Part shown: in pieces, positions 60,621-64,000 of the stretch
Numbering within the stretch: position 1 is the first letter of the stretch
How the letters are laid out: each line of letters starts with the position of its first letter
NCBI GenBank assembly: GCA_038141665.1
Contig: JAYQIN010000002.1
Span: 208,263 to 272,262 of the forward strand
Source of the DNA: Thiothrix sp.
GTDB taxonomy: Bacteria; Pseudomonadota; Gammaproteobacteria; Poriferisulfidales; GCA-002705445
Length of the DNA: 64,000 bases
Direction: 5' to 3'
Made by a program: the position numbers and the translations under genes
Notes under the pieces: model-generated
Seen by the model: the letters and a program-made list of their open reading frames with translations, nothing else
The model's database searches: none
What the model was told of the DNA's origin: nothing

Positions 60621-61955
60621 TTATTTATTATACCCCATATCCTTATCATTAGCCCAATTTGGGTCTTCTTTTGTTAAATCACCGACAGGTACGGATAATG
60701 CATCAGCAATTAAAATATTAATATTTTCTCCAACTAACGATTCTAAGAAAAACTTTAAATTCTCTTTTTCATCCATTGTTAAATTTAATTTTTTAATCTT
60801 TGGGCTAAGTAATTCATTGCTAAATCCTCCATTATTATAGAAATCTATTACTTCATCTAAATTACTAAAAATACCATTGTGCATATATGGTGCAGTTAAT
60901 GAAATATTCCTTAAACTTGGAGTTTTAAATAGCCATCGATGAGAGGGGTTTTCGGTCACCGAATATAAGCCCAAATCATTATTTTTTTTCTGTTGGTTTA
61001 CGCTACTGATTATATCATTGTCTACCTCTACATATTCGCCAGGAGCAAGTTGCACTGTCGTTTTATTCTTTTTATTAATACCCATGGATTCTGCGTAACC
61101 TACTCCAGTATTGTGCAATTTATTGTCAAAGAAAAGTGCTTCATTTTTATTAATAAGGTGACAGCTAGAGCAGTTGCCTTTTCCCACAAATATTTCAAAA
61201 CCTTTTTTTACCTTATCATTAACAGCATCCTTTTCACCTCCATAGAACCATTTATCAAAAGACGAGTTTCCTGATATCAATGATCGTTCGTAGCTTGCGA
61301 TTGCCTTACCAAATGTTTCCATATTTATTCCTTCTCCAGGAAAAGCATCTTCAAAAAGTTTTTTATAACCTGGTATTAGCTCAAGTTTTTTAATAGTGAA
61401 CCCAAATGATGGCATAGCCATTTCAGAATGTGCTAATACAGGTTGCCAAACCTGATTTTCTAACGAAAACTCTCTTGCATCATGAAATAGGAATTTATTA
61501 AAAGCAACATTTAATAAAGTTGGTGTATTTCTTAAATTGGACCTTCCTTCTATTCCTACTGCTGTCTTGATTTCATTACTAGTAAAACCTTGTTCAGGAA
61601 CATGACACATCCCACATGACATTGTGTTATTCAGCGAAAGCCTTCTATCAAAAAATAATTTTTTCCCAAGTTCAATTTTTTTTCTTGTTATTGGATTATT
61701 TTTTGGAATTACTAATTCAGGCAAGCCTAATTGTTTGATAGTTACATATTTTAGTAAGTCTGCTTTTTTTCCTTTTCTGTCACTTAAGCTTAAAGAGTTT
61801 GTTGTATAGGATTTTGATTCATACCCATCTTTATTGTCTCCAGGGCCTGAGTAGCTTGTATTTTCGCTTCCTACGGCTAACTTGCTGAAGAAAAGCAATA
61901 TTAGAAAAATTGAAAACTTATATCTGGTTATATTGTTAAAAAATGTCTCACTCAT
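60621..61955 (-). CDS. Di-heme cytochrome c peroxidase family protein (CCP/MauG-like)
   Basis: Signal peptide and two CxxCH heme motifs (CGMCH, CSSCH); 444 aa. Confidence 0.8.
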   Translation of the reverse strand: MSETFFNNITRYKFSIFLILLFFSKLAVGSENTSYSGPGDNKDGYESKSYTTNSLSLSDRKGKKADLLKYVTIKQLGLPELVIPKNNPITRKKIELGKKLFFDRRLSLNNTMSCGMCHVPEQGFTSNEIKTAVGIEGRSNLRNTPTLLNVAFNKFLFHDAREFSLENQVWQPVLAHSEMAMPSFGFTIKKLELIPGYKKLFEDAFPGEGINMETFGKAIASYERSLISGNSSFDKWFYGGEKDAVNDKVKKGFEIFVGKGNCSSCHLINKNEALFFDNKLHNTGVGYAESMGINKKNKTTVQLAPGEYVEVDNDIISSVNQQKKNNDLGLYSVTENPSHRWLFKTPSLRNISLTAPYMHNGIFSNLDEVIDFYNNGGFSNELLSPKIKKLNLTMDEKENLKFFLESLVGENINILIADALSVPVGDLTKEDPNWANDKDMGYNK

Positions 61956-62655
61956 TCCCTAATAATAGAGTTTTTATGTCGTTTATCAATAGATCTGGGT
62001 GAAGAAAATCTACATTGTATACATTTCTTATAAGTTTTTTGTCGTCTATTAAAAAGACACGCAATAAATGTGACTCTACTCCTGCATAACTACCATCATT
62101 ATTATACTTTCTTATAACTGGTTGGTCATAACTCTCGAGAATTGGTTCTAGACTATCTAATGAATTTGTAGTTAAAAAATCCCAATCAGCTTTAACATAA
62201 CTTAAATCTTTTCCATAAAGTTTCATTATTTCAGGAGTGTCGTAAAACGGATCAAAGCTTAAACTAATCATCTTTATTTTTGAAAGCATTTTTGGATTTT
62301 CTTTTAATTTTTCTTGAATTTTAAAAAAAACTGATGTTGCAAGCGGACAACCATTTGTATCAGTACAATTACTATATATGAAGCTCATTAATGTAATTTT
62401 GCCATCCATTAACTTATGTAAAGAGTTATTTTTACCATTTTCTTCTACAATTTTTCCATCTCCTGCTTCTCTTATATTATATAAACTATACGTACCAGGT
62501 AACGGAAGTTCGTATCCCAAATTGTCTCTCCAGCCTAAGGCTAAATTATTTCTTTCTTCTTTAATAAGATTTCTTTCTTGCTCTAGATCTTTGGAAGCAA
62601 AGACTAAGTTGCTAATTAATACTATTGTAATTGTAATTTTTAAAAAATTTTTCAT
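61948..62655 (-). CDS. SCO1/SenC copper chaperone-like protein
   Basis: Signal peptide and a thioredoxin fold with CxxxC-type motif (FIYSNCTDTNGCP), cf. SCO1 YTHCPDVCP. Confidence 0.7.
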   Translation of the reverse strand: MKNFLKITITIVLISNLVFASKDLEQERNLIKEERNNLALGWRDNLGYELPLPGTYSLYNIREAGDGKIVEENGKNNSLHKLMDGKITLMSFIYSNCTDTNGCPLATSVFFKIQEKLKENPKMLSKIKMISLSFDPFYDTPEIMKLYGKDLSYVKADWDFLTTNSLDSLEPILESYDQPVIRKYNNDGSYAGVESHLLRVFLIDDKKLIRNVYNVDFLHPDLLINDIKTLLLGNE

Positions 62656-62668
62656 AATTATTATTGAA

Positions 62669-62697
62669 AATAAAAAAGGCTAACCAAAGTTAGCCTT
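62669..62697 (-). terminator. Rho-independent terminator downstream of mtoX
   Basis: On the minus strand a perfect 9-bp inverted repeat AAGGCTAAC-tttgg-GTTAGCCTT is followed by TTTTTTATTTT, 30 bp after the mtoX stop. Confidence 0.6.
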
Positions 62698-62727
62698 AAT
62701 TTTATCACCTTATTAGTAAACTTTAAA

Positions 62728-64000
62728 TTACTTATCTAATAATGTTACTTCTTTTTTATTATTTTCGCTTTTACTTGAATATAAAGAATATGCGCCAAAT
62801 CTCATTTGATGCGCTCTTCCTAATTTTTCTTTATAAAAGTCTATTGTCCATTTGTGAGACAATTCTAAAGACTCTTCATCCCATTCATAAAGTTTAACCC
62901 ACTGCTCATCTGCTTCTCCTGTTTTATCCCAATTTCCTAGAAGCGATGTAGAGAAATATGCTCTTTTCCCATCCCAACTTTGTGAAATCATATTTACTTG
63001 AGAACCAATTGTTTCTTCATATTTTTGAACAGGATTAAATGGATCTGAAATATCAAAGTATCTAGCTTTGCCATCCATAAATGTGTCTACCCAAAGCCCT
63101 TGATCATCAGCTGTTATTGAGATATCAACAGGCAATGGAACTTTAGAAGCGTCACCTATATCAGCTACAGCTTTACCTTGCCATTCGCCATTATCATCTT
63201 CATATATTAACCAGATTTTCGATGTAAGTGCTGTTGTTGTAAAACAGTAGTTATTATTTGCACCCCACGCACATCTTATTTCTAATGGTGCTCCTGGAAC
63301 ATCGATAACTTTTTTAGGTTTTCTTGTATGTAAATCCCAAACTACCATTGTATTTCCAAACCTTTTCATAGCTTCGCCATCTTGCAGCATTTGTCCGAAA
63401 TCCATCATGTAATTTGACCATCCAGTAAACGAGGATGTTAACATTACATTTCTTCTAGGTTGTACACGAACGTCATATCCATAACCATCAGCGTATTTAC
63501 CTTCTTTCTTAGCACCTCTTAGATCGCTGGCTGTTGGCAACCAATGAGTCGCAATAAACTCACCTTTACTATTATATTCTGCTAATGCAGTTCTCCCGCC
63601 GTTATCTTTATTGTTTGATAACCCAGATACCATTATTCTTCCTGGTAAGGCATAGAAAGTATGAGGACCAACAACTCCACCTGTTTTCTCAACAAAATCA
63701 GTAATTACTTTGTGTAAAGTTGGCTTTCTTGGGTCTGTATGGACATCAAAAATAAATATTTTATTGCTGTCTAGACCACCAGCCCACAAGTAGTGTCTAT
63801 CATCGCTCAATCCGGAGTGATGAGCTTCATTTCTTCCGCCAACGGAAAGAACACTTACAACTTTTGCGTAAGTTTTAGATTTTGGATTAACATCAATTGT
63901 AACTAATTTGTCCTGTTCATCACCAAGGCCTTCAACACCCAAAGTCCAAACATAAACGTAATCCTCTTGACCGACGATTTTTGCCATATATGGTGACATA
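62728..64000 (-). CDS. mtoX: Selenium-binding protein family (SBP56) methanethiol oxidase; N-terminus beyond window end
   Basis: >420 aa matching SBP56/MTO throughout. The Met at 63999 sits at the window edge, so the true start and signal peptide lie beyond the window. Confidence 0.8.
   Translation of the reverse strand, partial: MSPYMAKIVGQEDYVYVWTLGVEGLGDEQDKLVTIDVNPKSKTYAKVVSVLSVGGRNEAHHSGLSDDRHYLWAGGLDSNKIFIFDVHTDPRKPTLHKVITDFVEKTGGVVGPHTFYALPGRIMVSGLSNNKDNGGRTALAEYNSKGEFIATHWLPTASDLRGAKKEGKYADGYGYDVRVQPRRNVMLTSSFTGWSNYMMDFGQMLQDGEAMKRFGNTMVVWDLHTRKPKKVIDVPGAPLEIRCAWGANNNYCFTTTALTSKIWLIYEDDNGEWQGKAVADIGDASKVPLPVDISITADDQGLWVDTFMDGKARYFDISDPFNPVQKYEETIGSQVNMISQSWDGKRAYFSTSLLGNWDKTGEADEQWVKLYEWDEESLELSHKWTIDFYKEKLGRAHQMRFGAYSLYSSKSENNKKEVTLLDK

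Overview
This window is a gene-dense, AT-rich (~29% GC) chromosomal segment with E. coli-like core synteny, consistent with a streamlined SAR11-type alphaproteobacterium. Nearly all of it is tightly packed housekeeping genes. The conserved blocks are: fabD-fabG-acpP-fabF-pabC-mltG-tmk; infA-nudix-mnmA-hflD-acnA; fumC/purB-thrC/hom; surE-pcm-nlpD; moeA/moaE/moaB/moaA; nrdR-ribD-ribE-ribBA-ribH-nusB-thiL-pgpA; glyA; kdsB-trm112-lpxK-msbA; lolCD; ccmABCDEFGH; mfd; nagZ-mscS; and a methanethiol-oxidase module (tlpA, mauG-like CCP, SCO1/senC, mtoX). Two tRNAs are present (Ala-GGC, Ser-UGA). No CRISPR, IS element or prophage signal was seen. The most interesting locus is a translationally coupled four-gene operon at 1670-5623, minus strand: an amino-acid-kinase-family protein, a PabB-type aminodeoxychorismate synthase, a hydantoinase-N-like ASKHA protein and an ATP-grasp ligase. 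A HisA-like TIM-barrel gene (5630-6304) is transcribed head-to-head with it, start codons 6 bp apart. Together these look like a furan/pterin-type C1-cofactor tail-assembly toolkit (MfnE/MfnF/MfnD-like, plus a HisA-related barrel) fused to aminodeoxychorismate synthesis. This candidate pathway for an undescribed chorismate-derived aryl-amine cofactor or metabolite is inferred from domain-level reading only. Separately, four essential or core genes (tmk, fumC, pgpA, ccmF) are each interrupted by a single-nucleotide frameshift, three of them inside homopolymer runs. That points to sequencing or assembly indel error rather than true pseudogenes.
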